From positions 124,001 to 188,000 of the forward strand of contig CT868452.1 in the NCBI GenBank assembly GCA_000165425.1: a stretch of 64,000 bases of DNA. The letters run 5' to 3'. Position 1 is the first letter of the stretch. Each line of letters opens with the position of its first letter. The notes beneath the pieces were generated by a model, which saw nothing but the letters and a program-made list of their open reading frames with translations, did not search any database and was not told the DNA's origin. The stretch is from Paramecium tetraurelia (Eukaryota). Positions 1 through 13,171 of this stretch are shown in pieces. The position numbers were made by a program, and so were the translations under genes.

Positions 1-156
1 ATTTAAGTGTGAAATGAAGGAGAACGGAGAAAGAACCATAGAAAGGATAAATTAGAGGAGTGTTAAAAATTCTATTGTATGGAGATTATTAGAATATATA
101 AAATTTAAAACGGATTTATAAGTGAATAATTAATAATAAAGGGGAAAATAGCAAAG

Positions 157-439
157 ATGAGACAGGTGTTATTCATACTGATTTTAGCATCTATATGTTT
201 TGCCCAATCCCAACTGAGAGGCCGCCAATAATTTGGTATAGCTGCAATTGATATGTGTAGAGAGATAGGATGTTAGCTTAGAGGATTATTCATTCATGCA
301 ATTTCACTATCACACACCTCCGATGGATGTAATGATGATGAATCACGAACTCGAGATATAGAGAATGATGGGAGTCCCTGGAGTTGTGATGATGAATTAT
401 GTTATAGAGGAATCTCCATACAATCCAATATCATGGTGA
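157..439 (+). CDS. Small secreted Met-rich hypothetical protein (85 aa)
   Basis: ATG 157 gives a signal-peptide-like MRQVLFILILASICFA. Removing a 25-nt GTA..TAG intron (236-260) gives ...HTPPMDVMMMNHELEIQRMMGVPGVVMMNYVIEESPYNPISW, ending at TGA 437-439. Confidence 0.55.
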
Positions 440-498
440 AAATATTATTAAAATATATAAATCCATCATTGTCTTACTGCAATTTCATATTATTCATC

Positions 499-1186
499 TC
501 ATATGGGTAGAAATGAATTGGATTGTGAAGACTTAAAGCAAAAAGACATTATCTATTTTATAAGTGCAAGTATTTATTTTGTAATAAACTTCATTCCAGT
601 GATCCCAGCTGGAAATGAAGACGCAAACAGCCAGCCCAAAGATATCATCTAAAGTCTTTAAGTACTCAAATACCTAGGCAATCGAAAACACGAGCACGAA
701 TATGTAATTCTTGTGGATCAGACTAAAGTACACTGTGGCTATAAGCATGATCACATAAATGTTTGTATAGATGAATTTTTCCTTGTTGCAAAACATCTTC
801 ATAAAGTTCTTTCCTCCTTTTATAATGAACAATGAAATCCATAAACTTAATGATCTACATAACATTTAAATACACGTCTTACCCTAAACTGAATAGTCCC
901 CCGAATTTGGCTGGAAACACTATGATCAGAGGTAAAAATGTGAATGCTATAAACATGAAGCACAAACCAAGGCCAAAAAATATTGCGAAATTCTTCCAAT
1001 TCATTGCTGCTTATTATACATCCTGCACTTTTGTCACAACATTTTCTTTGAAATATTATTTAATTTTTTACATGGCTTTAGAAATCTAAAAGACTAAGAA
1101 AACTTAGACACGAATCCTGATTTCTCTTGAGGATCAGATTGCTATTCAATATCGGTGCTTTAATTCCAAAATTAAATATATTTCAT
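499..1186 (-). CDS. SFT2: Got1/Sft2 family vesicle transport protein
   Basis: After three tiny introns it reads NWKNFAIFFGLGLCFMFIAFTFLPLIIVFPAKFGGLFSLGS...IAQMISLGWLFASSFPAGITGMKF...LPI*, a 4-TM Sft2 pattern (P-x-KF...LGS; FP-x-G-x-x-G). Confidence 0.85.
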
Positions 1187-2144
1187 TATTTTATTTTAAA
1201 CTCTCTGAACTTCTATAAGTTTATTCCATTCAGAGGTGATTTTATTAAGTATACATTTTGTTTCTGTCGAGAGCTATGAGTTGATTGCTCTCTTTTCGAC
1301 ATTGGACTTTCTCTTCGTCTCTTTTCGAAGGCATCCAAATTAGGCGCTGAATTTCTAATCAGAGTCGAAGACTGACTAGTTATCAGTTAAGTCTATTCAA
1401 TTAGATTATTCAGATTGTTAATTTTCCTAATGTAATCTTTCATTAAAGGTTTCTTAAGTAATGGTAATTGATTCACTTAGTTCTGCTAAATGATCTTTCG
1501 AGATACTTGCTTACATTAAAGCTCCAAAACACTTGATTTTGCCTCAGGACTAAACTCCGCTTTCTCATCCCTTTCTCGTTCCGATTGCAAAGTTCTTAAA
1601 TTCATGCACACTTTAGCAGTTTTAGCCACCTGATTAAAAATTCCCCTTAATTTCTTCCCATTTCTTACAATTTCTTATGGTTGTTCTTCTTCCTCCTCTT
1701 TGACTTTTGAAATGAGAATGTCATGAAATTTCCTTATCTTTCTGCCAACCATTCCACACTCACCGCATCCACAACTTAATCTCCTTATTTTATACTATAA
1801 CTCCGGAAATTTATAATTTTTTTATCTACTCCTCTAATGTTATCTATTCTTTTTGATAGGAGAGCTTCTTCCATTGACAAATCCAAATTCCATCAAAGTC
1901 CTTTAAGTGGTCAGTTATCGTGTAGTTGAAATAACTTATCTTGTATCGATGAATTGTTCTGATTTTTGATAGCATGTTTATTATAAAAGTCTCATAAACC
2001 CATCTAAGCTTTTTGCTATGTTAATTACAATTCTATGATACATCGAAACAATTGAGATGTTTTCATACAAATCCCAATACATTTTTTCTTCCCACTTTGT
2101 TTGGGTACTTCAATTTTATGAGATTTGATTATATTTATAGACAT
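1183..2144 (-). CDS. Hypothetical protein
   Basis: MSINIIKSHKIEVPKQ... stays open in the ciliate code with two predicted tiny introns, to TGA 1185-1183. No recognisable domain. Confidence 0.55.
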
Positions 2145-2351
2145 TACAAAAATAAATAAGATTAAGAAATTTAAAAAGTCAAATGTAACACTAATGCTAA
2201 TTTGTTCTGGTTTATAATAAATAACCAAGAAAACAGTAATTTAACATTTGGAATGCTGAATGAAATGTAAAATATCAATTATTTAAGTAGAGTGAATGGT
2301 GAATAAATTTATGTTGATTTAATTATATATATTTAGAACCAATTACAGCAT

Positions 2352-3622
2352 TCATTTTTTTGAGCTTTTATCTCCCTTCTCTTCCTTTTTCCTATCGTGT
2401 TTTGTTCCCTTTAATTATTTGTTTTATTTGGCCAATTGGGCCTTAGTTTTGGATTTATAAATTTACAGAACATCCTCATCTGCTAAAACATGGTTTAAGC
2501 CCACCTTTTATGGATTAAACCTAAATAGATTAACAAAACGTACTTGCAACTTCTACCCCAAACAATAGCAAACTTGAATTCATCAACCAACTCTCTATGA
2601 ATCTGTGCACAAACACTTCTAACCATCAAACCATTACGATCATTACTAAGAACTATAGGATCTGAAAAATCTGGTTAGTTTCCTCTCTTTTTTGTATATA
2701 CTCTGACCAAATCGAGTTTGTCCCACATGCACTCTAATAAGAAATCCAAATTGAGCTTCAAATTGCATGATATCACACAATGATCTTTCCTTCTGGCAAT
2801 TTCATCCACTTCTTCAATAGATATCTTATCAATCTTATTGAAAACATAGAGACACTTGACATATTTTCTATTTCCTTCAATAATATCAATCAAATCATCG
2901 ACTGTGATATCCTCTCTGATCAGTATATCAACATTATGAATTTTGTATTCTTACATAATGTTCTTAATTAATTTTTCATCTACCTTGGTCAATTTGATAG
3001 TCGATGTAATACGAACCCTAAAAGTAATGAGAATCTAGATTACATTCCTGATTTATTTGGTGTAATGGTCACATCTGGTTTCTTCCTATTCAGTCTAATA
3101 CCCATTTTATCCAATTCCAAAGTGAGTTTCCTTCTTTGATCCTCAGCCTTGTCTGCCTCCAAAACCATTAAGACAAGATCACAAGCCTTGGCTACTGCAA
3201 TGACTTGTCTTCCTCTTCCTCTGCCTTCAGAAGCTCCCTCGATAATTCCTGGAAGATCGAGCAATTGGATTTTGGCATCTTTATAGTCAATTACTCCAGG
3301 AATGCATGTTAATGTAGTGAACTCGTATGCAGCCACAAGTGATTAAGTTTTAGTTAGAGTCGAAAGAATGGTGGACTTAGAAGTAGAGATGTGTAAATAC
3401 CTTTCCGACAGATGGGAATCCAATCATACAGACTCTCGCATTACCAAACTTTTGAACTTCAAATCCTTCGCCTTTTGGGCCAGATTTGGGTGGCTCCAAT
3501 AATTGAGTTCGATATTTGGCCAATTTAGCCTTCAATTAACCCATATGATACTCAGTTGCCTTATTCTTTTGGGTTCTGGCCATTTCGTCTTCGATTTCCT
3601 TGATTTTCTCAATGAGCCCCAT
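2352..3622 (-). CDS. DRG2: Developmentally regulated GTP-binding protein 2 (Obg family, TGS domain)
   Basis: [78 protein letters not shown] and C-terminal DEDVLQI; three tiny introns. Confidence 0.95.
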
Positions 3623-3671
3623 AATTATTTTTATTAGTAAAAAAATCAAATTTATTTTTTTATTGAGTAAT

Positions 3672-4864
3672 ATGAACCAATATTACATTCTGGTCAAAAT
3701 AGGAGAAGGCACATTCTCTGAAGTCCTGAAAGCTAAATCAATGATAACTGGATAATTGGTTGCAATCAAATGCATGAAAAATCGATTCGACAGCGTGGTA
3801 ATTTGATCAAATATTCTTAGGATTAAGTAAAGAACCTAAAAGAAATCCAAGCCTTGCACTAATTATAACAACATCCCAATATTGTGAAACTCAATGAAGT
3901 TCTCTATGATGAACCGAGTGGAAGATTGGCTTTGGTATGCGAATTAATGGAAATGAATCTTTATGACTGCATAAAGAATAGAACTTCCTATTTGAGCATG
4001 GCCAAAGTTAAAAAATACATGCATCAAGTATTAAAAGCCTTAGATTACATGCACAAACGCAACTTCTTTCACAGAGATATTAAACCAGAAAACATTTTGA
4101 TTAAAAATGATAATGTTAAAGTAGCTGACTTGGGTAGTTGCAAAGGTATACACTCTACCCATCCATACACTGAATACATAAGTACAAGATGGTATAGAGC
4201 ACCTGAATGTCTGATGACAGATGGTTACTATGACCAAAAAATGGATCTCTGGGGAGTTGGAAGTGTGATGTTTGAAATTATTGCATTGTAACCCCTATTT
4301 CAAGGAGAAAATGAATTAGATCAAATTAATAAGATCTTCAAAATCCTAGGAACTCCTGATTCTGAACTCTTGAACAGATTCAAATCTTAAGCTTCTCATA
4401 TGGAATTCAACTTCAAACCTTAAAAGGGAATAGGATTGGAAAGATTAGTCCCTCCACATGCTGGATCTGATTGCATAGACTTACTCTACAAGTTGTTGTA
4501 GCTAGATCCAGTTAAGAGAATCAGTGCGGAGGAGGCACTTAGACATGAGTTCTTTGAAGAATTTTGGGATGCTCCTATGTCTCAGTCAAGTGATAGTACT
4601 CAATTTGGAAAGGCCATCAATATCGCCAAACCAAGGAAGAGATTGAATAAGGGGATCTATCCTGGTACAATAAAGTTGGAAGTGAAGTTGGAGGGCAAGT
4701 TGAATTAATCTGATGATGAGAACGAGAAGGTCAGAGATGGAAGTTTGCACTCCAAATTACCTCCTATCACGAAACCACACATGAAACCTAAGGTTAAAAA
4801 TCCTTATGTTAAGAAAAAACTGTATGATGACTATATTATCGTTGGGAAAAAAGCTTTTAATTGA
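3672..4864 (+). CDS. MOK: MOK/RAGE (LF4-like) CMGC protein kinase
   Basis: [38 protein letters not shown] and activation loop [14 protein letters not shown]; one tiny intron; TGA 4862-4864. Confidence 0.88.
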
Positions 4865-4907
4865 TTTACTTAAGTAACATAAAAATTACACAATTATAGA
4901 TATAATA

Positions 4908-6160
4908 TCATAATAAATTAAGTTTTTGCAATATTGCCATTAAATTGGGTTAGGAGGCATCAAATATTTCCAAAAAACTTTCAACTAGCTATTCTTAACA
5001 GAATGTTCTGATGTCGCTGTAGTTTCTGGTTATCAACTTATTTTTGTGATATGACAACATAGCTAGTATCAATTTGTGTATGATTTCTTCGCCTTCAATT
5101 AGGAAAAGATCAAGAATCATGCCTGAAAATCTCCAAGGGATATTGTACATCAATAATGTCATATAGAATCGAGAAAAGAAAGGAAAGAAATCAGTCTAAA
5201 TACAAATTCATCTTTACAATCCCTTCATCGTAGAAATGTCTGTGTAATTCAGGTATCTTTTTTTTCATCATCTATTCAAGCACATCTATCTTGAGTCTTA
5301 AGCCTTCAAAACCCTCCAAAAATACCACTCTCCAATTTTGATCCTTCATTATGTATAAGAAGATAAAGAACACCGTTTCATCCCTCTCCTCATCCATAAC
5401 TTCAAAATCATTTAATTATTAATCATTAACACTTAAATCGTAACAAACTAATAGATTTGCTACTATGATATTGAGTCCTTAAACATACCCCAGCTCTTTA
5501 TCATAATTCGCATATGCGATTAGAATGTTTTTTAATGATTATTAATTTCTCATGCTATTCTATATCAAAACTAATACTTACTTAAACATATCGTGAATGA
5601 TTGTTCTTGCCACGTCCTTTTCAATCTGAATCTTATGCAGAGTATCAGCCTTTTTCAATTTTTAATAACTTTGATTTCTTAGTTCCTTCTTGTTCTATTC
5701 CTGATTACTGACGAAGATCCACCATTGTCTCCGTCTACAACTAATTCTATCATTTACATGTCATATTCCATTGTCTACAACATAATCGATTAATGTATTT
5801 ATTAAACTTTGTATCCTGTGAATGATTTATTTTTTAGGATAATTTACCAATCATTCTTCTCCAGAGTTCTATTGTCCTTCGTCGCTTATTCAATGAAAGT
5901 AATATCATTTATCTCGATAGAGTTATAAATGTATTGATCATCCTTTGACAACTTGTAGAAATCCTAACATTCAACTACTCTTATACTTTTATTATGTTGA
6001 TTTTCATTTTACTATTAGCACTTACTGATCTCTATTTACACTTTTGATTCGGACTTGGTTATTGAACTATTTCTTGTTGTCCCTCCTATATCTGAGGAGG
6101 TTTCCTGATATGATAATCTATTCTTGTTTTTATGAACGAGTACGATTTTGTTAACCACAT
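4908..6160 (-). CDS. TBC-domain Rab GTPase-activating protein
   Basis: MWLTKSLSYQETSSD...YDIRRQWWIFVS...IQIEKDVART (IxxDxxR finger) and ILIAYANYDKELGYVQGLNII (YxQ finger); tiny introns restore the frame. Confidence 0.85.
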
Positions 6161-6278
6161 TAAATATATATAATATATTATTTCTTGTTAAAATTTGTAA
6201 GAATCTCTCACTTCTGATCCTCCCACCCAACTGAATATCTCCAAACAATCTAATGACTCCTCTTAAATCAATTGCACA

Positions 6279-6654
6279 TCAATTTGTATCTTCAAACTAT
6301 CCTACTGAGTAAGTTCCACTCTCTTTTTAAATACTAATACAACAAACTCTAGAATATTAGTTCCTTTTGGAAACACTCAATAATTTCATTAAGTAATGTT
6401 TAGAATATTCATTTTCTAATCACCAATTAAGTTCATTTTTAATATTTACAGATTTCTCTCAACTTAACTGTTCCTGCTCGAAATTATTGAAGCATCTTTT
6501 AATCCCTTGCAGTTCTAACAGCTGAAGCTGTCTTTTTAATTAAATGTTTATTTGGTTCTTTTTATAACTGTATTCTTTCTTGCTTTATATTTAGTTCTTA
6601 CAATATTTTATATTAAAACTGCAACCAAATATTTTTGTGTATTTAGATTATCAT
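6279..6654 (-). CDS. Possible small hypothetical protein
   Basis: MIIQIHKNIW...KKTASAVRTARDQKMLQQFRAG... is open to TGA 6281-6279 only if a 34-nt intron is removed. Other frames are also partly open. Confidence 0.25.
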
Positions 6655-7098
6655 AATTTTTTGATTTGATTTTGTATTAAATTTATGTATGAATCATTAA
6701 ACTATGTAGACAAGATGGGTTACCAAATTAATATAATATATTTGTTAAGTTATAAAATAATTATATTTTTAGAGGTAATTTATTGAGGATTAAGTTTTTA
6801 TAGAAATTGATAGTTCTCACTAAACATTATGTCTGGTTGGTAATAGGTTTTAAATATTACAAAATGTTCATTTCATCTATAATATTGTTTCCTCTAATTT
6901 CTATTTATTTATACATATATTAACTATTCTATTACAATTAAACTAAATTAAAAAAAAATTAAATTATGAAAACGAGAAGATATTCAAAACATATGGAGAT
7001 ATCATTATTTTAGGTTGACTTCTAATTATTAGAATAAAAATATAGAAATTTATTTTCTATTATAAATCATATATTATTATAATATACTTAATATTTTT

Positions 7099-8163
7099 AT
7101 GCAAGATAAACCATAGGAATTAATAACGTGCAAATTCTGTAAGGAAAGATTTCCTCTTACTATAATGTATGCGCATAGAATGGAATGTAATATTGAAAAT
7201 CACCCTGATTACTAATCTGTTGTATAAAATAAAGAATCAATGCTCTAAAAAATATAGGAGGAATTTCCAGATGACTCATAGAATATATTATAAACGAATA
7301 AATCTAAATTTAATAAGAACTAAAAAGTTGAAAATCCAGGTTTAGAAAAATAACTTTAAGAAGAATTTTCTTATTAACTTAAAAGAGAGATAGCTCCATA
7401 AGCAGTAAAATAATAGCAGAAATTAAACGATCTATAAACAGAATCTATTTTGGTTCGAACTACTAAAAAGTGTGAATATTGCAATGAGCTTTTTCCTATA
7501 GAACAAATTGATGATCATTATCCTAATTGTCAAACCTATTTAATGATAGAATAACTATAAATAGAGGAGACTCAAAATAAATTTTAATCAAATGAAAATT
7601 ACATTGATAAGTAAAGTATGATTGGATAATAAAAGGAACCAGAAAACTTTTCTACAATAATTCATGAAGAATTGTAAAGTGATGGGAAAATACTGCAAAA
7701 GATAATCACTAGGGATCCACTTACTAATAAAACATATGAAAATGTGTTTTTACTAGATTCTGATAACGGCAAATAGATAGAGCATATTTCTTAATAAATA
7801 ATAGTGCCTAATGACAATAGGAGTTTCCATTAGAGCTTTTAGAGTTTCATCAACAAGGACTTGATTGATTTGGATCAAATAGAAGCAAACGATCAACAAA
7901 AGTATGTAATCTTATTATTAATTAGATTACTTGTATAATAAATAAGATTTTAAAATTTAGTTAGAATAAATTTCTGTGATTCCAAATAGCTTGATTAGGA
8001 ATTTAAATAATGTGGGATTTGTTTTATGAACTATTTAAAGGGAGAAGAACTATTTTTGCTGCCATGTATACACAGGTTTCATGCTAAATGCATGAGTAAG
8101 TGGTTAATAGACTAATCGACTTGTCCAATTTGTAAGATAGATTTTGAATAATAAAAAACTTGA
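7099..8163 (+). CDS. C2HC zinc-finger (x2) plus RING-H2 protein, putative E3 ubiquitin ligase
   Basis: CKFCKERFPLTIMYAHRMEC and CEYCNELFPIEQIDDHYPNC fingers; C-terminal CGIC..LLPCIHRFHAKC..W..TCPIC RING-H2. Confidence 0.85.
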
Positions 8164-8205
8164 TTATTTGAATATTCTTATAAAGCATTGTAAAATAGTT
8201 TTAAT

Positions 8206-9203
8206 TCATCTTTTGACTTGTCCCTTGAATGGAAATAATTCTTTCTTGCAGTTATAGCATTTGGTACTTTTTTTGACCATGTTATGTAAACATTTTTTAT
8301 GACTTTTTAAGAGGCAGCATTCTAGATTATAAATGATCTCGTCTTCTTTGAAGTAGTCTGAACAAAAGTAGCAAGTTTTTTAATCTAAAGTTTTCTTAAA
8401 TTTCAAGTTTTTAAACATAGCTCCATCCAATAGTTTTTTGCCTTTTTATATAATATCTTTGCATTCAGAATGAATTTAGAGGTATTGTGCAATTATTGTT
8501 TAATTATTGGCTATAATAAATGAGATAGACTAAGAAGGGATTTCTTATTCTTATGGTTAATCTAAGTCTTTGATTAGTTCTTAAAATCGAATAACTGAAG
8601 AACAATTCATTTCATGAAAATCTTTGTCCTCAGAATTTAAAAGGCAATTGCAGTGTTCGCATTTTATTAAATTTGATACATCTACTTAATTTATGACTGA
8701 TTGCTAGGGTTATTAATAGTAGAGTTATTCAAAATTAGGTTTTTGATTATAAGCTTCTTATTGAGAGAATTATTGTTAATTACAGTTTTGATAAGGTTGC
8801 CTTTCATAGGAGGGTTATTATTATTATATGTTTTATTTCTATTATTCCTCATACCTTATGCTATCCTCTTTAGGTAATTGTATAACACCTAAAACTATAA
8901 TTTTACCATTATATTTATCATGGATCTTCTGAGACAATTAAAGATCAACATTGCTTTCTTGAAAATTTTAATTATTCTAGATATTTTTTGATTTCTTACT
9001 TATAAGGATGATGATTTTTGAAAAGACTAATGCTATTGCTCTGACTAAATATGTTGAGCATTTATTTAAGGCTTTGAAGAATTTGACTTGTTTATTTCTT
9101 TTGACTTGGAAATACATGATCGTTGATGGTTGAAGATTTCATTTTGTTAAAATTCTTTCTCGCAATATTTGCAAACTTTATATATTGGTCTGTCACTTTT
9201 CAT
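8206..9203 (-). CDS. C2HC zinc-finger (x2) plus variant RING protein
   Basis: CKYCEKEFQQNEIFNHQRSC and CEHCNCLLNSEDKDFHEMNC fingers, Gln-rich linker, C-terminal CYFC..LECCLLKSHKKC..KCYNC RING-like domain. Confidence 0.75.
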
Positions 9204-9233
9204 TTCCTATTAATTATATAATAAAATATTAAG

Positions 9234-10367
9234 ATGATTCAACACAACTTTAACCCATTCAGAAAAAGCAACCGTTAGACATATTCATTATTTGATGAAA
9301 AAAGCTCTCATGAAATAACTGTTGAGGATGAAATGGCTATTTTGAAACATATTCCAAAATATGTTTGGGAAGATGATTACTATGAATAATTGAAGTTAGA
9401 GTTGAAATATCATAAAGTGGACATACAGGTACTATCTCATTCTGAATGGCAAAATCTTTTAGAGACAGGAATGTATGATTCAAACAAAAATTTATTATTA
9501 TCAATATTTACTACAAGATCATTAACAGTGAAGCAAGTTTTTGACTTTATAACAATGTAATGTCAGATGACATGTTAATTTGAGCATCTTAAAAAACAAT
9601 TGAAAGAAAAAAATTATGAATGCATCATCAAAGATGTACATAGAACTTTTAAGAGTTCAGATTATTTTTAGAAGGAGGAAGTACTCTAAAGACTTTAGGA
9701 CATATTAGTAGCTTATAGTAATTTGGACTCAGAAGTTTCATATGGTTAGGGAATGAACTTCATCGTTGCAGCTCTCATGTATTTAGATTTCAATAATGAC
9801 GAAGCCATCTTTGAAATTCTAAGAACCATAATTATGGACAAAGAGTGGAGACAACTTTATATCAATGGGACTCCAGGTCTATTCTTATTGATGGCTAAAT
9901 TCAACTTTAAATTTAAAAAAAGAATGCCTGCATTATATCAACATTTTCTAAAACTTGGAATTGAGGATATGAGTATGTGTGCAAGTGCATTTTACTTAAC
10001 TTTATGTATGCAACATGCTCCAATACAGTTCTCTCTAGTGTTATTGGCTATGTTTTTTATTGAAGGTGATGACATAATAACCAAAATGATATTATCTATG
10101 ATAAAGTATTTTGAGAATTATTTATTAAAATTAAACGACTTTTAACAAATAATTGAGTTTATCAAAAGAGGCCTTTTAAGTAACTTCTATCGAGAAATTC
10201 AAAAATGTAGGAAACAACAGAGATTAGTACAAGTACTATTAGATATTGGATTAATTAAAAGGAAAGAAAAATAACACAAGCAAAAAATAAAAAAGGGATT
10301 AATGAAATAATTAGTTGATAGGCCTTTAGCATTTGGAAATGATGTTTATAGTTATTTTTTTAGATGA
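9234..10367 (+). CDS. TBC-domain Rab GTPase-activating protein
   Basis: Ciliate-code ORF with IIKDVHRTF and ILVAYSNLDSEVSYGQGMNFIVAAL; TGA 10365-10367. Confidence 0.88.
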
Positions 10368-11062
10368 GTTGAATACTTATTCAATAAACTAATTTAGAAT
10401 TTCATTATTGATCAATTTTATTTAGGATATTCTTAGGTTATAATTTTTATATAGTTTGAAAAAGAAGATTGAATCATTTATTTCATAAGAAATATTTTGA
10501 ATTAATGATCAGTTCATCTTTTAATGCGGAGCAGGACCTTTCAATATAACAAAGGCTGTTTAGTATTCATGTTATATTCACTTTTCATTAATCGAACATA
10601 CTTTAATCAATGATTTTATCTTATTCGAAATTCAGACTATAATAAAAGAATTTCATCAATTTTAATATTTAAATAAAATTTATTTATCAATTTAAATGAC
10701 CACATAATATCTTTGATGCTTTTCTTGAATCCATTGACAATTAATCATTACTATATAGTAAATTATACATTGATAATTACTTTTATCTACCTATTTCTAT
10801 TCACAGGTTCTTAAAAAATTACAAGAAACACACTTAATTTAAATATTACTACCAATATATAATTTGAAAATTATTAAATTATCAATTAATTGAATTTCAA
10901 TTTATCGATCTTATCATATTATTGCTTTATCCTATGTCAATTAATTGAATCAGAAACACAACCAAAACTCTGCCTCAACAAAGAATAATATTTTTAGAGA
11001 AAAGTGAATAAAAAGACTAACAAATATTATTTGATTTAAATTATGAATAATTTATATTTCCA

Positions 11063-12205
11063 TCATAATTTTCTTAGATCAACTTCACACTCAATTGGCA
11101 CGTGATCACTTCCTTCAACAGTTAAGTTTATATCAGATACAGTGATAGCATCAGAAGCTTCCTTATTAATTATAAAATAATCTAATCTCCATCCCTTGTT
11201 TTATGATCTAAAATAAACTACTTTGTTACCTGCTATTACTTCTTGCACTAAAAAAGCTATACTTAACCTCTTTTGGATGTAAATGTCTGAACGAATCAAC
11301 CCATCCTTTTTACAAATAATTGGAAAATTGATCCCTTTCTTATAGAGTAAATCTAAAATCAGAATATGAAGATACCCAGCAGTCTTCTTGTTGCCAGCTG
11401 GATTGGAAAGATCTATTTCGTGGTGGGCTACATTAAGATCACCACATAAGATCGTAGGTTTTTTCTTTCGAAGTCCTTCAAGATAGTTTTAGAAATCAAT
11501 ATCCCACTCCTTGGTTCTATAATCAAGTCTTTCCAATTTCTATCCTGAGTTTGGAACATAACATGAAACTAAATAAAACTGTTCGAATTCAGCTGTGAGT
11601 GTTCTTCCTTCTTGGTCATGCTTATCGACACCAATATCGCACTTCACTGATAATGGTTTGACTCTATTAAGAATTACAAATTTCAACTTACTTAGATGCT
11701 ATAGCAACTCCACTGTATCCAGCCTTAGATTTACAAAAATTAAGATATAGAAAATAGTGTTTTCCAAATTTAGCGCCTAAATTTTCTTTGTCAAATACAT
11801 CTTAATCAGCTTTCAATTCATTTAAACAAATTATATCAAACTTACTTTTAAGCAATAATTTACTTTAGAGTCATTTAAATATTAAACAGCTGATTCATGC
11901 TTTGTGACAGCTCTGATTCCATTTATATTCCAACTAGAAATTTTTACTGTTGGAGTACTAAATCTTCCATCTCCTAAATCAAATTTTTCATCTGCTTGGT
12001 TAACTTATTTTACTTTTTTTTCCACTTCCTTTACTTTCTATTATTTCTCGATTTTTTATGCACTTTTCTTACCTTCATTATCCTCAGTTTTCTTTTTTCC
12101 CTTTTATTGTTTCCCTTTTGATTTAACAACAAATTCCTCTTCTTCTTCATCATTTCTCTCTGGACTACTTTTCTATTTGCCCGATCTGCCCCTCCTTTTA
12201 TCCAT
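11063..12205 (-). CDS. APEX1: AP endonuclease (exonuclease III/APE1 family) with basic N-terminal extension
   Basis: [65 protein letters not shown] and GSDHVP motifs. Confidence 0.92.
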
Positions 12206-13171
12206 TATTAATATAAAAATTTGAAAATAGATTATTGTAAAATCACTTATTCTGATGTAGATTCTTATATCTTATTGTCAAAACACTACAATAAAGATCT
12301 TTTAAATTCAATAATAGCTTATGTTCAAAGTTATTTAGTGTCTTTAAATGATTTCTAACAATATAGTATAGCATAATTTAGAGTTGATAATCTCAATATT
12401 TGTTCAGGCTATTGATTTCAAAAAGTTAGTAATAGCAAATTACTTAACAAAGGAACCTTTATAAACCCCATTAGAATAGAAATAATCACATTTTGATTTT
12501 AATATTTATTATATATTCTCCAGCCATTAAAGAAATGAGTTAAAAACTCCTGAAATATTTGAATCTTCCCAAAGGACGATGTCATAAATGGAAATTAAAT
12601 TAGAATTCAATAGTTACTTTTGTATTTCTTTAATGAATAAGAAAACTTTAAAATTAAGTTATGTAATTGAATTATAAATTGGAGTATCAACTTTCAAAGG
12701 TTTCATGAAATACAATAAAAAACTAACTCCATATTTTTTATATTTTCTATAATGAATTGATTAATATAGGTCTAATAGTAATATATTAGAATTACTTATA
12801 ACTCACTTTATAAATTATCATAAACAATTAATCAGTAATAATCAAACTAATTAGAAAATTTAAATGAAGTTAATTCAAATTCTCAAAGTTTTTTTAATTT
12901 TATTCATCATGAATCTACTATGTATATGTAATAGATTCATTGAGTACATAAAGATCAATTATATTTCTTTTCTAGTAGTTCTTCTGAATATATTAATTAT
13001 ATAATTATATTATATAACATTTAAGTTTTATAGTCATGTCAAGATGAGAATTCCTTTTCAATTTTCTAGTATTGATATTAATGTTAAATTTGGATATCAT
13101 TCTAATATTAGTTTTGAAATTCTAAAAAAGTATATGCTCTTTGCATAAATAATTTAAATAACATAAAAATA

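Noticed and set aside
5734..5763. Apparent in-frame TGA (read-through or selenocysteine) in the first TBC gene
   Set aside because: A 23-nt intron, GTAAATGATAGAATTAGTTGTAG, gives a continuous frame MLQTMEYDIRRQWW, and the TGA is out of frame.
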